Shown: positions 39,152-53,438, counted from the first letter of the stretch. The stretch is 64,000 nt of DNA from Octopus vulgaris (GCA_951406725.2 OX597823.1:9548001-9612000); one strand, 5' to 3'. Numbers and translations: made by a program. The notes: a model not told the origin generated them from the sequence alone.

Positions 39152-39782
39152 ATACTATAATCATAAATGATTATATATTGAATTTTGAGATACTAGAAGG
39201 CATCAACTCAACTCAGTATCAGAGCGAGCTAGAATCCGCAACTAGTATCACCAAATTCAATGTGTGAATGAAAAGATTGTGTCACCAGCCCCTTCCCACC
39301 CGCGTGTAGCCAAAACAAGATGCTGTGGTCATCTACTGAGATAAAATATGGTTATCCGTAATAATGAAGGGTGAAATTAATTAATTTGGAATAATTATCA
39401 ATTACACCAAGTAGTCTTCGGCATGTAAAAGCCTCATTCGAGGAAAATTTAAGTAATACTAAGCAATAAAGGGTTTGGCAACGAATTGCCTTACCACATA
39501 CCGAATTTAGAAATAGCAGTCAAAGAGTTATAGCTATTTCTTCTACTAAAAAGGGAGATCTCAATAAAAACAGCAATTGGAAGGCAGACACAAACAGGTA
39601 AGAGACAATGAATTGACGGCAATCTATCATACAATTTTAAGTTATCTACGGACGTACGTTTCGAAATCACACATTGAATTTGGTGATACTAGTTGCAGAT
39701 TCTAGCTCGCTCTGATACTGAGTTGAGTTGATGCCTTCTAGTATCTCAAAATTCAATATATAATCATTTATGATTATAGTAT

Positions 39783-39883
39783 TCTACGCTGAAGAGAAAA
39801 GAAGTTCTTGGTAAGATAGAATTATTTAATATTTAATTCTTATGCTTTCCTAAAAACTTGATTTCGAAACGTACGTCCGTAGA
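39783..39883 (+). ncRNA. Type-I hammerhead ribozyme motif with long stem II
   Basis: TCTACG-CTGAAGA-GAAA...TTTC-GAAA-CGTACG-TC-CGTAGA: 6-bp stem I, intact core, GUC site after 39877. Confidence 0.85.
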
Positions 39884-40068
39884 TAACTTAAAATTGTATG
39901 ATAGATTGCCGTCAATTCATTCTCTCTTACCTGTTTGTGTCTGCCTTCCAATTGCTGTTTTTACTGAGACATCCCTTTTTAGTAGAAGAAATAGCTATAA
40001 CTCTTTGACTGCTATTTCTAAATTCGGTATGTGGTAAGGCAATTCGTTGCCAAACCCTTTATTGCTTA

Positions 40069-40114
<46 letters not shown>

Positions 40115-40115
40115 G

Positions 40116-40179
<64 letters not shown>

Positions 40180-40230
40180 TGATGAAACTAAGAGAAAATC
40201 TTTAAATTTATAATTTTAACAACTAAAATC

Positions 40231-40292
<62 letters not shown>

Positions 40293-40297
<5 letters not shown>

Positions 40298-40471
40298 TAA
40301 AGCAGCAGAAAATTCAACAAAATCTGTTACTCTGAGTAACTCAGAGTAACGAGAAACTCAGAGTAACAGATTTTGTTGAATTTTCTGCTGCTTTAAATAA
40401 AGCATATTACTCTACCACTGGTATTTGAGTTCTCTTTTTTCCACTTTGTTTCACATTTATGTGTTTACTCC

Positions 40472-40473
<2 letters not shown>
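40293..40473. mobile_element. Small foldback element in (TA)n
   Basis: 45-bp inverted arms at 40293-40337 and 40356-40400. Confidence 0.75.
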
Positions 40474-40555
<82 letters not shown>

Positions 40556-40556
<1 letters not shown>

Positions 40557-40757
40557 TTGTGTGTCTTTGTTCCGCCAACATCGCTTGACAACCGATGCTA
40601 GCGTGTTTACGTCATCATAACTTATCGGTTCGGCAAAAGCGACCGATAGAATAAGTACTAGGTTTACGAAGAATAATTTCTGGGGACGATTTGCTCGTTA
40701 AAGGAGGCGCTCCAGCATGGCCACAGTGAAATGAATGAAAATAAGTAAAAGAGTAAA
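40556..40757 (+). mobile_element. SINE family A, 3' half
   Basis: Family match. Confidence 0.85.
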
Positions 40758-43700
40758 CGAATTGTAGCATTTGTAAAAATGAGCCATACTCTGTTGAGGT
40801 ATGTAATAATTTAGATCTAGTCCAATAGTGTTACCAGAAAGATGAGCAGTTTTATTGGCAACGACAAAAGTTTTATTAACACGGCAAAATCTTTCGTACT
40901 GACTCGTACTGACTCGTACTGACTCTGCTACTGAAAGTCATCGCGCTTTACAATGGTGAAACTCAAATGTAACATTTCTTTTAAAGATTTTTGATAAGGG
41001 TTTAAGGTTAAACTATACTGACAATCTATATTTGTGTTGGTTATTTTTCTGAAGACTGTTATTTGTTAACATATAATCGGAAGGATTTGAATGTAGAATT
41101 GAATAAGTCTGCATAAATTTCTTTAACATAACAGCGTCTATTTTCACAAGTGAATCTATGCAATAATTGAACTGAGCAAAGTCAGTTATTGATATAAAAT
41201 CTTTGATAAAATTATTTAGTTTGAGAAATGATGAAATGAAATATTAAAACAGCAGTCTATATTGTGTTATATGATGGACGATGAATAGTTGAAACAACCC
41301 ATAGCTTGGAGGCATCTTCGCATATAGAGATTATATTGATTAACTCTATCGATTTCTAAGTGAACAATTGGATGCCTTAGAAAAACTTTCCATTGTTTTC
41401 ATTCCACACCGTGGTTTACATTGTGTTGAAAGTGGTTGACTTAGGTTACTGGATACCAAAACTAAGTAGACTTCTGGCTTCCAGGTAAACATTCATTTAT
41501 GACTAATTAAGAAAAGTTAATTTTTTATATGTTTCTTTTATTGCGTCTATCTCTTTATGTGTCTCTATTCTTGCTTTATATTTATTCCTTATATACACAA
41601 TCGCTTGCGTTTGCTTTCATTCTCGAAAACTCACAAATTCATTTCGGTGAATGTGTGAATATATACACGCACACAGATATGAATATGAATCTGTTTGTAT
41701 TTATGTGCGTACATAAGTCTGTATGTTTTAATGTAAAAAGAAATATTCTGTTAGATATTGACGCTTGCGCGAATATTTATTGATTCTTTTTACTTGTTAA
41801 AATAAATTTCATTTTTAAGAAAAAAAAATCCCGATTTATAATGTGGCAAATCCAACATGCCGAGACATTCATATTTTTCCGGAAGTCTTGGTGTTATATA
41901 AGAACTGTATTACAAGCAACACCGAAGTTCAGTCATGTTTTCTTTTAAGCCAGTGACTTTTAATGATTTTCTTTTCCATTTTCTATTGGCATAAGACCAC
42001 ATATTTGGTATTTAAGGTGTAGCCAGCTACCTCAGCCCCGCACCTGTTTTCAAATTTATAATATTTTATGTTATTGACACATGAATAAGGAAATTCTGTG
42101 ATGATTTAAGGGGGTTTTGAGTTAATAACTTAAATTAACGTGAATAAATCCATCGAAGTATTTTGTTTGGCGCTGCCACTCCACTGCCCTAAATTCTTTC
42201 TTAAATATTGACAGTCAAAGTCGATTTAATTCCAAATACTACTTCCAGAACCTTCATCAAATTATTTCATTCAATTATGTAGTCGTCAAACATTCTGAAT
42301 ATTACTGTTATCAAATACACTTGCACTGATACCCCTTGACAATCATAATCACATCTGCTGTAAGAGATATCTGCATGTAAATTCGTCAGTGCTGGCTCAA
42401 CTCAACCTGAATTCAGCGAAGAATCGGAATATTACACGTGAGTATGAAGAGTCATTAGACAACGCGTTTTATTAGTCCGTCAGGAAATGAATTTGCGTAT
42501 GTTCTTCAATATTTCTCCAAATATCAGATATTTAATTCACGTTTAATTGCAACCCAAGAGCATTCTTTTCACACAACCAAATCCTTTAATCCGCGTGGCG
42601 ATCACACGCTTTTTATGTGATGTCGTATCAGTTCGAAACAGAAACACTCATAGTTTGAATTGTAATTAAGATCAGTTCAATTATGAAATTAATTTTACAT
42701 TAGGTTAGTTTGTAAACGTCTTGCATCATACAATTATCATAGAAATGTAGAATGGGGTCATATTGATATAAGATTACCACAAATGTTAAGATACAGTCTC
42801 ACACTGTTTTCCAAATGTAAGAAATTAAATTAATAAATTTTATGACAAAATGAGGAAAAGGAATTGTCTTCAATTTTTGTTTATTTACGTTGTGTTATAT
42901 TGCTCTTTGTTATATTTTTCGCACTTGTGTATCATTTCCAATTCAGTTTAGAAAGTTTTAATTAAAATATCAAAAGAATTCTAGAAATAAAATAGAGTTT
43001 AACGAAAAATCAACATTATGTAGAAAACAATCATTTAATTAATATTAGAATATCAATTCAACAAGTAATTAAGATCCATATTGATTGTTACATACGATGC
43101 CGTTTTACATGAAGGGAGACTGGGTATAAATTTGAAAACAAGTATAAAAATTAAAAGATAAAATATCGCAAAAAATCAACTTACATGTTAGGAATTTTTC
43201 CCAACAAATGTGAAGTAAACTTGTCATCATATTATTTATATAGTATGATATATATTTCATTTATGCGACATTTCTTTTATAAATTAAGAGGTTTTTTTTC
43301 CCTGTCTGTCGATATTCCAAGCCACTATCTGTTAAATGTATTTGTTTTTTTACATACTTAGAATAAACACTAAACGCAAATAAAGAAGGAAAATAGTTAT
43401 TCCGTTATTTGCTGAGGGAAAGTCAAGGAAAGAGAAAAAAGAAACAAAAGGATAAAAGAAATGTTTCTTGGGTGAGAGAGATACGAGAAAATGAAGGCAA
43501 ACAAAAATAACTGCATTTGGAGAACTTCCATAGAACTGTAATTGGCTACAAACATAATTTCTGTAAGAAAGTTGTCGTCTAAAGCGAGTGAGAGAGATAG
43601 AAGGAGGGAAAACATAGAAAGAAAGAGGGAGAGAGAGAGAGGGAGAGAGAGGGGGAGCAATACTGAATTTTAAGGCTTTGCATGAAGACAGGAAATTGAT

Positions 43701-44536
43701 TCCAAGATAGCAGAAAAGATTGAAATTAGATGTTTAATGACCGATGCCCTATTTAAGAGTTCAGTTCGTATGGTTTATGATTGCAATTCCCTAACGTGTC
43801 TTATACCTAACAGGTATCAGGAGCTAATGCTATGTTTTTATGATAAAATATTGCGTACTACAATGCAAGGGATATACAACAATACAATACAAATATGGTT
43901 AATGTCTTTTCTGATACTGAAAACGGAAATGTATTTTTGGTAACAACTTTTCTGCCGTAAGCCATAAGCTTTGCTACACTGGGATTATTATATTTAGTTG
44001 ACAAGTCAAAAGCAGTAGAATAGCTGTAGCACCGGTCTAGAAACGCTTTATTGTATTAAATTACAACATGTTACACGCTAACGTCAACGATCTCGTGAGC
44101 TGTCTTTTGAGCTTCTAGCATTCTGATACTCGGCAAAATAATCAGAAGTCCATATAGTCAACATGCAAATTACCAACAAACGGTAGAAGAAACAAATGGA
44201 GAACATACAAAATCTGACCAAACACAGTAGATCGTCTCTAAGATGCTGACTTCATATCAGAAAGATACTGGAACGATTGTTGCTCATGGAAATTATTGCA
44301 GGCGACTCATTAATCAAACGATTTGGCGTCCAACGTTCTTATGTATAATATATTTGATTGTCGCATCCCGACATCTTTTGAAAAAAAAATTACCAAGAAA
44401 TCATTAAACACATTGAACAAAATATATAAAAAAATTTAACTGACCATTCACGATATAACATTCAAGATGGCTGTACAAAAGAGAGCAAACTAAATACTCA
44501 AAATACCTTCTATTATAAATATATGGATGTATATAT

Positions 44537-44602
<66 letters not shown>

Positions 44603-44608
<6 letters not shown>

Positions 44609-44985
44609 CAAAAATGGGACGAGCGCAAAGCATCCAGACAGGTAGGTGAAACAAAAAAAAGGCAAACAAAATATCCAGACAGATGATACAATGAAAACAA
44701 CGACGGATCATTCGGTGTTTTCTATCCTCAGTCAAGTTCTAGATTATCTTAACAATTTCGGCTCGTTAAGCTCGAGATTATAATCTGGCCAGGCCCAAGG
44801 AAAAATAAGCTAAGAGCATTACATTCCTTGGAAGAAAGCAGCGAATGTATACGAAAACAAGGATAGAAAAAAAAGAGAAATGTTACACAAATACAAATAA
44901 CAGGACATAATAACAGGTGTCTTTCAACTAAGGACGAATTAAATTAAGCTGGCGTGTGTGGTAGTAAAGCCTTACGGCAGAGACA
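44603..44985 (-). mobile_element. Unclassified repeat ending at (TA)n
   Basis: Diverged reverse-complement copy at 55600-55990. Confidence 0.7.
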
Positions 44986-46028
44986 TACTGTTTAACACGC
45001 ACAGGAAAGAATATAGATGTTGCACGGACAGTAGTCCAACCATGAAAGAAAGGTCAGGCCTAGCCGAACACCGGTCACGTGGGGAGAGAAGATAGAGATG
45101 TAGAGGCAGAGGGATATAAGAATTAAGGAAGAGTATTTGTCTCGAGAAAGCATCACTTATAAACATATATGACGACGCTTAAAGACGCAAAAATACAGGT
45201 TGCAAGATAACAGGAGATTAGATAATAGTGAGGTTAAAAGACACCTTGTGCTCTCCAGAAATGGCAGGTATGGAAATTTCCTTATTTGTTTTCCTTTCCA
45301 AACCTGTCAACTCTGATTTGCACGTAGCATTAATTGACCGTGTTGATATCTAATGTCCGGTTAACTAATGCCTAATGCAAAACCGTTTGGTATGATCGGC
45401 TTGAATAGATCTATAATACTATATGCATTGATACACACACACACACACACACACACACATGCACACATATGTATATATAGACAGAGCGAGGGAGAGAGAG
45501 AGAAGGTGAAAATTGGTAGATAGATAGGTAGTTATATGTACGCAGAAACACGAACATTAACACATGCACACACACGCAAACACAAGTGCACACACACACG
45601 CATTTACACACACACAACACACACATATATATGTACATATTAATGTGTATTGCATTGACATTTCCAATATTATAACTGAAAGTGTGTATTAGTAAACAGT
45701 ATATACTCTTCATTCATTCTGACAGCCAAGTAAATATTGCTTGTAATATCGGTCATATATTGACATTTTCCCAAGAAGCACGTGCCTGTATAAGTATAGG
45801 TCAGAGTGAATCATGCAATACTTCGGGGAGTACTATTGAGAGCTATTAAGATAACTGACGGAACCTGAGCGCTAACCCGGGGCGCAGACTGCCTCTGTAC
45901 AGAACGCGATTTTAGTATATTCTCAAATTAGACTGAATTATATACATACATACAGATATACATACACGCATGCATACAGGCATATATACATATAGGTGAA
46001 TGTGCGAGTATTTCTGAGTGTGTGAGTT

Positions 46029-46083
<55 letters not shown>

Positions 46084-46108
46084 ACGCATGTATGCATATA
46101 TGTATGTA

Positions 46109-46154
<46 letters not shown>

Positions 46155-46195
46155 GTGTGTGTGTGTGTATACGCATATATCTATCTATCTATCTA

Positions 46196-46267
<72 letters not shown>

Positions 46268-46273
46268 CGCATA

Positions 46274-46365
<92 letters not shown>

Positions 46366-46424
46366 CGTGTATTTGAACATAAGGAATTATACTTATACAA
46401 TTATTACATACCTCCGTCACACAA

Positions 46425-46459
<35 letters not shown>

Positions 46460-46851
46460 CCCTCTTATATGTATATGTGCCCGCACACATTGAGATATAG
46501 GGGGCTTAAAAAGGAGAAGATTATACCGAGGTAAAAAGACATACATACATATATACATATATTCATCTTTACAGATATATGCATGTCGGTATATAGGCTT
46601 TCCTTGACATTCTGATAGAATGAACTTCTATAGGAAATGTCATAAATGTAATATCTATCTAATACTGAATTTATCTTGTTTAACATACGTATATGCCAAA
46701 TATAGAGATAAAATTACTACATTATTTTGTTTAGTGTGTAGTTTCATTTTTTCCCCTTCTGTAGACGTTGCAACATTAAGAATGTTTGACGACGTATTTT
46801 TCTTGTCCTTTTCTTTTAAAATGTTTTACCTGATGGTATTGTAGGCTATAA

Positions 46852-47082
46852 AGGCGACAAGCTGGCAGAAACGTTAGCACACCGGGCGAAATGCTTAGCG
46901 GTATTTCGTTTGTCGTTACGTTCTGAGTTCAAATTCCGCCGAGGTCGACTTTGCCTTTCATCCTTTCGGGGTCGATTAAATAAGTACCAGTTACGCACTG
47001 GGGTCGATATAATCGACTTAATCCGTTTGTCTGTCCTTGTTTGTCATCTCTGTGTTTAGCCCTTGAGGGCAGTAAAGAAATA
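46852..47082 (+). mobile_element. SINE family B with 15-bp TSD
   Basis: GGTATTGTAGGCTAT at 46835 and 47083. Confidence 0.92.
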
Positions 47083-47416
47083 GGTATTGTAGGCTATTAT
47101 CAGCGCTCATGGAGATTTACACGTATTTGTGCATAAAGGCTATGTTTCTTTATCCAGTGTATCTGTTTTTTTTTTAAATTTCAGAACTTTAAGGTTATCA
47201 TTTATAAGAGATTCTGTGATATTTTCCACCAGATAAAAAGTGCGACTCTGCTCTTTAATCAAAATATAACCCTAAGAAAATAGAAATTTGCTTTAAAAAG
47301 TGTTGTCCTTGGCCATATTTTTTTAGATACTACATTTTGCGCGGATCCTCATTTTCTAAGAATTTACAGCTCGTTTGGCGAAGCATTTGGTAACTATTTC
47401 TGGTGATATAGTGTAT

Positions 47417-47805
47417 GGATGGAAGCACTCCGTCGGTTACGACGAGGAGAATTCCGGTTGATCCGAATCAACGGAACAGCCTGCTCGTGAAATTAACGTG
47501 TAAGTGGCTGAATACTCCATAGACACGTGTACCCTTAACGTAGTTCTCGGGGATATTCAGCGTGACACAGAGAGTGACAAGGCCGGCCCTTTCAAATACA
47601 GGTACAAGAGAAACAGGAAGTAAGAGTGAGAGAAAGTTGTGGTGAAAGAGTACAGCAGGGATCACCACCATCCCCTGCGGGAGCCTCGTGGAGCTTTAGG
47701 TATTTTCGCTCAATAAACACTCACAACGCCCGGTCTGGGAATCGAAACCGCGATCCTATGACCGCGAGTCCGCTGCCCTAACCGCTGGGCCATTGCGCCT
47801 CCACT
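47417..47805 (-). mobile_element. SINE family C, full length with TSD
   Basis: tRNA-like head; TSD TATAGTGTAT at 47407 and 47806. Confidence 0.92.
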
Positions 47806-48429
47806 TATAGTGTATAACTACTCAACGTATATTACCGTGATGCAAGTCCATGTGAAAAGATATTTTTCCAGATAATCTGATATCATTTTTGCAAATTACC
47901 CATGACAATAACTAGAGGAATATCCTTTCAATTGGTGTAATATAACAGTGAGTAGGGAGATATTTAACTATAAGTAGGATATTAATCAATGAGAGGTATT
48001 ATATACAGTCACATGCGTTTTAGAAAAAGCTTCTAAATCTCACGAATTTCCACTATAATATTCTTCCATTGAAATCAACGTTACGTTGGATAATGTAGTT
48101 TCTGTTATGCAAAGTAAGAAGGTCTGTTAATAATTAATATGCCTATGACTACGTCTCCTCGCTCAGTACTGACTTAACAACAGCAACAACAGAAACAGAA
48201 ACAGCAGCAGCATCACCATTGGATGCAACAACAACAACAAAAACAGTATCAAGAAGAAATGTGTTTACTATAGGCACGTGGCTTGAAATTTTGAAGTAGA
48301 TAATCCGTCTATATCAACCAAAATGTAAAGGCTCCCGATTAAAATGACCAGGGCCTTTTTCAGCAGTTCTAATGATTCTACCCTATCACTTCCCTTAATA
48401 TCAGCAGCAGCAGCAGCAGCAACAGTGGC

Positions 48430-48511
48430 GAGGAAGAGGAGGAGAAGAAGAAGAAGAAGAAGAAGAAGAAGAAGAAGAAGAAGAAGAAGAAGAAGGAAGA
48501 AGAAGAAGAAG

Positions 48512-48542
<31 letters not shown>

Positions 48543-48867
48543 CGGCGGAGAAGAAGAAGCTGGTGGGGGAGGAGGAGGAAGAGGGGGAGTAGAAAAAGAA
48601 GAAGATAGAGGAAGAAGAAGAAGAAAAGGAAGAAGAAGAAGACGAAAAAGGAGGTGGATGAGGAGGAGGAGAAAAAGAAGAAGTAGAAGAGGAAGAAGAA
48701 GAAGAAGACGGCAGAGAAGAAGAAGGAGGTGGAGGAAGATTGGGAGGAGGAGGAGAAGTGGAGGAAGAAGAAGAAGAAGAAGAAGAAGAAGAAGAAGAAG
48801 AAGAAGAAGAAGAAGAAGAAGAAGAAGAAGAAGAAGGAGAAGGAGAAGAAAAAGAAGAAGAAGAAGA
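48430..48867. repeat. (GAA)n/(GGA)n polypurine tract
   Basis: Direct reading. Confidence 0.96.
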
Positions 48868-49290
48868 ATTTAAGTAAGCAGAAGATGGATTCGGTATTAA
48901 TCTTTATTTTGCAGAACGGTCGTTTCGATCCATATAGCAACTGGACAGCAAAAACTCAGGATCTTTAGCGGGAGATAACTTTATGTATGGATGCACCCGA
49001 TGAGACCCCGACAGCAAAGTGGGTGCAACAACACAGCATATTGCACTCAGCACATGAAGACGAACGAAATGCCACTCAGCATTTAGCCCGGCGGCTTAAC
49101 GGGACTGCCAGCTTGCCGCCTTAATAATGATGATGATGATGGTAATAATAGACTTCATGGAGAACGACAACTTAATGGAAAGATGATGCAGTTTAAAGTC
49201 AGGCCCAGCGCATATCACTCAGATAGATGCACTGCCTGAACATGTTTCTGTTTGTGTGTATGTGTGTTTCTGTGTTTTTTATATATGTGA

Positions 49291-50190
49291 AGGAGTGGCT
49301 GTGTGGTAAGTAGCTTGCTTACCAACCACATGGTTCCGGGTTCAGTCCCACTGCGTGGCATCTTGGGCGAGTGTCTTCTGCTGTAGCCCCGGGCCGACCA
49401 ATGCCTTGTGAGTGGATTTGGTAGACGGAAACTGAAAGAAGCCTGTCGTATATATGTATATATATATATCCGCGGGACCACTCTTCCATCTTCCCCTCAG
49501 CTGGAGTCCTTTTTCCTTAACCCCCCCCCCCCCCTTTTTCGTTACACACACGCGCACACATATACACACATTGCTTAAATATATACGTTACTCTTACACA
49601 CATTGAATCTACTCGCCATTAATACTACCACGACACTGGACACACACACACACTACCACTCAACACACGCTGGCACGCTACATACGCCCCCACCCCTTCC
49701 CCTCCCTCCCTTCCTCCTTCCTTCTTTTTCTTACTACTGACCTTTGTCTGCTATGCTGACCACCGTCTCGCCCTACCTCACACGCCTACACACAGACGCA
49801 CACACTAACACATACATATATTTTTTGTTTTTTTATCTCGCCTCACACACACACATACACACACGCACACGCACACACTCACACATACACACACATCTGC
49901 TGTTACCAACCTTGTCTCCACTCTTTTGCCTTTAAAAACCCACTTTGCTCTTGTTATCGTAAACATCCGCCTTTCACCATGTGTAACTCGTAAACACCAG
50001 TCGTTTTTTTTCTCTATCCCTGTTGCCCGCTCTGGGATCTTTCTTTCCTCTCTCTTCCTTCTTTATGTTTCCGACGAAGAGCTCCGCTCGAAACGTCATA
50101 CCACCCTGCTTCCATTTCCTGAGCGCCTATTAATAATAATACTGTAATTGTTCCATTGTTGTTGTGTTTTTTTTGTTTCCCGTTTGGATT

Positions 50191-50269
<79 letters not shown>

Positions 50270-50500
50270 TGTGTGTATATGTTTGTGTGTCTGTGTTTGT
50301 CCCCCTAGCATTGCTTGACAACCGATGCTGGTGTGTTTACGTCCCCGTCACATAGCGGTTCGGCAAAAGAGACCGATAGAATAAGTACTGGGCTTACAAA
50401 CAATAAGTCCTGGGGTAGATTTGCTCGACTAAAGGCGGTGCTCCAGCATGGCCGCAGTCAAATGACTGAAACAAGTAAAAGAGTAAAAGAGTAAAAGAGT
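49291..50500 (+). mobile_element. SINE family A split by a ~720-bp CCGACGA-hammerhead element (49470-50195)
   Basis: Head at 49291-49450, tail at 50280-50500; the insert sits in the SINE's internal (TA)n. Confidence 0.85.
50067..50101 (+). ncRNA. Minimal hammerhead motif, U4C core
   Basis: GTTT-CCGACGA-A-GAGC(TCC)GCTC-GAAA-CG-TC-ATAC. Confidence 0.6.
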
Positions 50501-50909
50501 GTGTGTGCATGTGGTTGTTTGTGCGCGTGCGTATGTGGAAGGAATTATAAAACGTATACTAGTATATGTTATGCATGTTGCAAACTCCATCTGATATCCA
50601 ATTCGAAATTCAAGATATATACACGGCACTATTTATTAAAAAAGAAAATTAAATGCTGGTAGACGCCTACCAGGCGTCTGATGGTGATGAAGTCAGGTAA
50701 AACACTTGCAGACAAATCATTTTAAAAGTTGAAGAGTGTAAATGTATTTATCTGTCTGTCTGTCTGACTGTCTGTATGTCTGTCTGTCTGTCTGTCTGTT
50801 TTTCTGCCTGTTTGTCTGTCTATTATTCTATCTATCGATATTTACCTCTGTCTGTCTTTTTCTCCTGGTCTCTCTCTGTATTTGCTTCTCTCTCACGCGC
50901 TCTCTCTAT

Positions 50910-50968
<59 letters not shown>

Positions 50969-51092
50969 GTTAAAGAGAGAGAGATAAACGCATACATTTC
51001 CACAGACACATGTACACACGCACGTATATACATAAATATAGATATGTGTGTGTGTTTGTATATATTTACATATTTGCAAGTATATATTCATG

Positions 51093-51193
<101 letters not shown>

Positions 51194-51201
51194 GGAATAG
51201 T

Positions 51202-51258
<57 letters not shown>

Positions 51259-51934
51259 GGAATAGTTATATAATATATATATATATATGTTTGTATGTAT
51301 GTATTCTGTACACATGCAACTAAATAATCATAAATATACAAAGACTCACGTATGTGTATATGTATGCGTACGATTTCCTCCTGTGAACAGGTGTTTACGG
51401 CCTAATATAGTGTAGTGTATTGAATATAATAGATGTAGCGGATCTTGCGTCGGAAAGACAGTTATGAAAATGCATTTCCACGTTAAGGAATAAACTCACA
51501 CAAACGACTTTTCTATTGAAAAACATCTGGATAAGTAGAATAATCTGTACTTCATGGTCAGCTTTAGAGATAACGAGCAACAAAACGGAAATTTTATGAC
51601 AAAAGTCTTTATTCATATCAATAATTAACGTTCAAAAAGGTACAAAAGATGCCCGAAGCGAATTAGTTAATATAAAACTACGACCTGTAAATATCGTTCT
51701 TCGCCATCTTTGAATATATCTGATTTGGGCTGGCTTAATTTTCTTCGGATGAGAGCTTTTGAATGTCTGTCTATTGAATAAGTTAAAAGTCTATATATGA
51801 CTCGGCGTTAAGCGTTTGTTTGTTACCAATATTTTATTACATATACGCATGATTTAGTCTTTTGTAAAAAGATTAAAAAAATAACACACGCAGGCTGTTA
51901 CTCGCATGCGCACATATACACACACAAATAAGTG

Positions 51935-51968
<34 letters not shown>

Positions 51969-52157
51969 TATATACATACAGATATATGATGAAACAGAAA
52001 TGCATGAAACTATTGAGATATGTTATCGATCAAATACGCTATTTCGCACACTCGGCGTTTTACAGCTTGCTTAACAAAATATGATTTATACAGTGAGGTA
52101 CACCTATCTTTCGTACACACACACACACGTTGATATAAATTATACATGACAAATCAT

Positions 52158-52216
<59 letters not shown>

Positions 52217-52223
52217 TACATAC

Positions 52224-52256
<33 letters not shown>

Positions 52257-52266
52257 TATATGTATG

Positions 52267-52328
<62 letters not shown>

Positions 52329-52602
52329 TTCAGTGAAAATTTAGATTCGGTTGAATATGGTACTTAAGTTAAAAGCACCATATGCAGCTGAAGATTGCTC
52401 TACATTTTAAAACTGATGTAATACTTGCATTGTTTAATTAAACGAAGTCGCATGAAACGATCGTACTGCCCTACCTTTGGATATCCTCGTTGCTTATTTT
52501 GATTATATATATATATATACATATATGTTTGTGAAAGAGAACAAACACCATGGCATGACAAGCATCACAAGTCATAAAATTATTATTCTTAAATTAGCTG
52601 CG

Positions 52603-52679
52603 GTCTTACAGTTGTTTCCGGGATATCCTAAGTGATAGGCAAGTATGCCTGAGTATGGGGGTATTCTGTCATCAGAGAC
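52603..52679 (-). ncRNA. Type-I hammerhead motif
   Basis: Minus strand GTCT-CTGATGA-C...G-GAAA-CAACTG-TA-AGAC; stem II includes the hairpin AGGCA(TACT)TGCCT. Confidence 0.7.
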
Positions 52680-53438
52680 AAATAGAGAAAATATGAAGGA
52701 TCTACACACGGAACGAACTGGCTACGAGATCTAGACATGAAAAGTTGACTGATAATAAGCAATGAAGTAAAAGTGTAGAGAGTAAAGAAATAAGGAAATA
52801 CAGTTCACAGGTCATTTTCTCCGAGGGTATGGGTGCTAGTTTGCGTGTCCTTCGGTAAAATCCTGCGTAAATCCAGGTATGATTAGTGTTTTCACAGTAT
52901 AAATATCCAGGCAATATTTTGGCAGAAATGGGAATTGGCATGTTCATATTGAGGTGGCTGGTTTGTGAGAGAATGACACTTGAAGTGGCTGTTGAGCAAA
53001 GTGGAGGGAGAAGGAGAAAGAGAAAGAGAAATAAAGAGGAAAAATGGCTAATGAGGAGATACAGAGAGGTATTAGTAGGGTAGACTTTGGGAGTAGAGAG
53101 AAGAGGAGGAATGTAAGTAACAGGGCATTAGCAAGGATTGGTCATTGGGAATGGTTAGAAGAATAAAATAAGGAAAGACATAGGAAAATATAGAGTAAAA
53201 AAATAAGAATAAATATATAAAAAAAGATAAGAAAAATGCAGGAAAATATTTAAAGCAGAAATGAGAGTAAATTGTAAAATAAGGGTACAAATAAAAGAAG
53301 AAGGGGGCGGAGATAATGGAAGATAAAATAAAAGGGATCAAAGAGAATAGGAAAAAGAGATAAGGAGAATAATATAGCCTTTACAGCACTTACTCAGCGT
53401 ATATATTCGTTTAGATCACCAGAGAACTAAAATCCCAT

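Larger units (their letters stand above)
38762..40070. mobile_element. Hammerhead-bearing non-coding element: 1.5-unit tandem plus inverted arm, in (TA)n
   Basis: 38762-39075 repeats at 39354-39669 (unit about 593 bp); 39667-40070 is the reverse complement of about 38865-39267. Confidence 0.88.

Noticed and set aside
44700-44800. Hammerhead in the 44.6/55.8 kb family (CTGAAGA/CTGAGGA and GAAA words)
   Set aside because: Core elements are not in a consistent order and no stem I is shared by both copies
45900-46560. IY/CV-repeat ORFs (also at 32, 35, 51, 52 and 58.7 kb)
   Set aside because: Translations of (TA)n and (TG)n
48344-48968. Poly-Arg/Lys protamine-like ORFs
   Set aside because: (GAA)n tract translations
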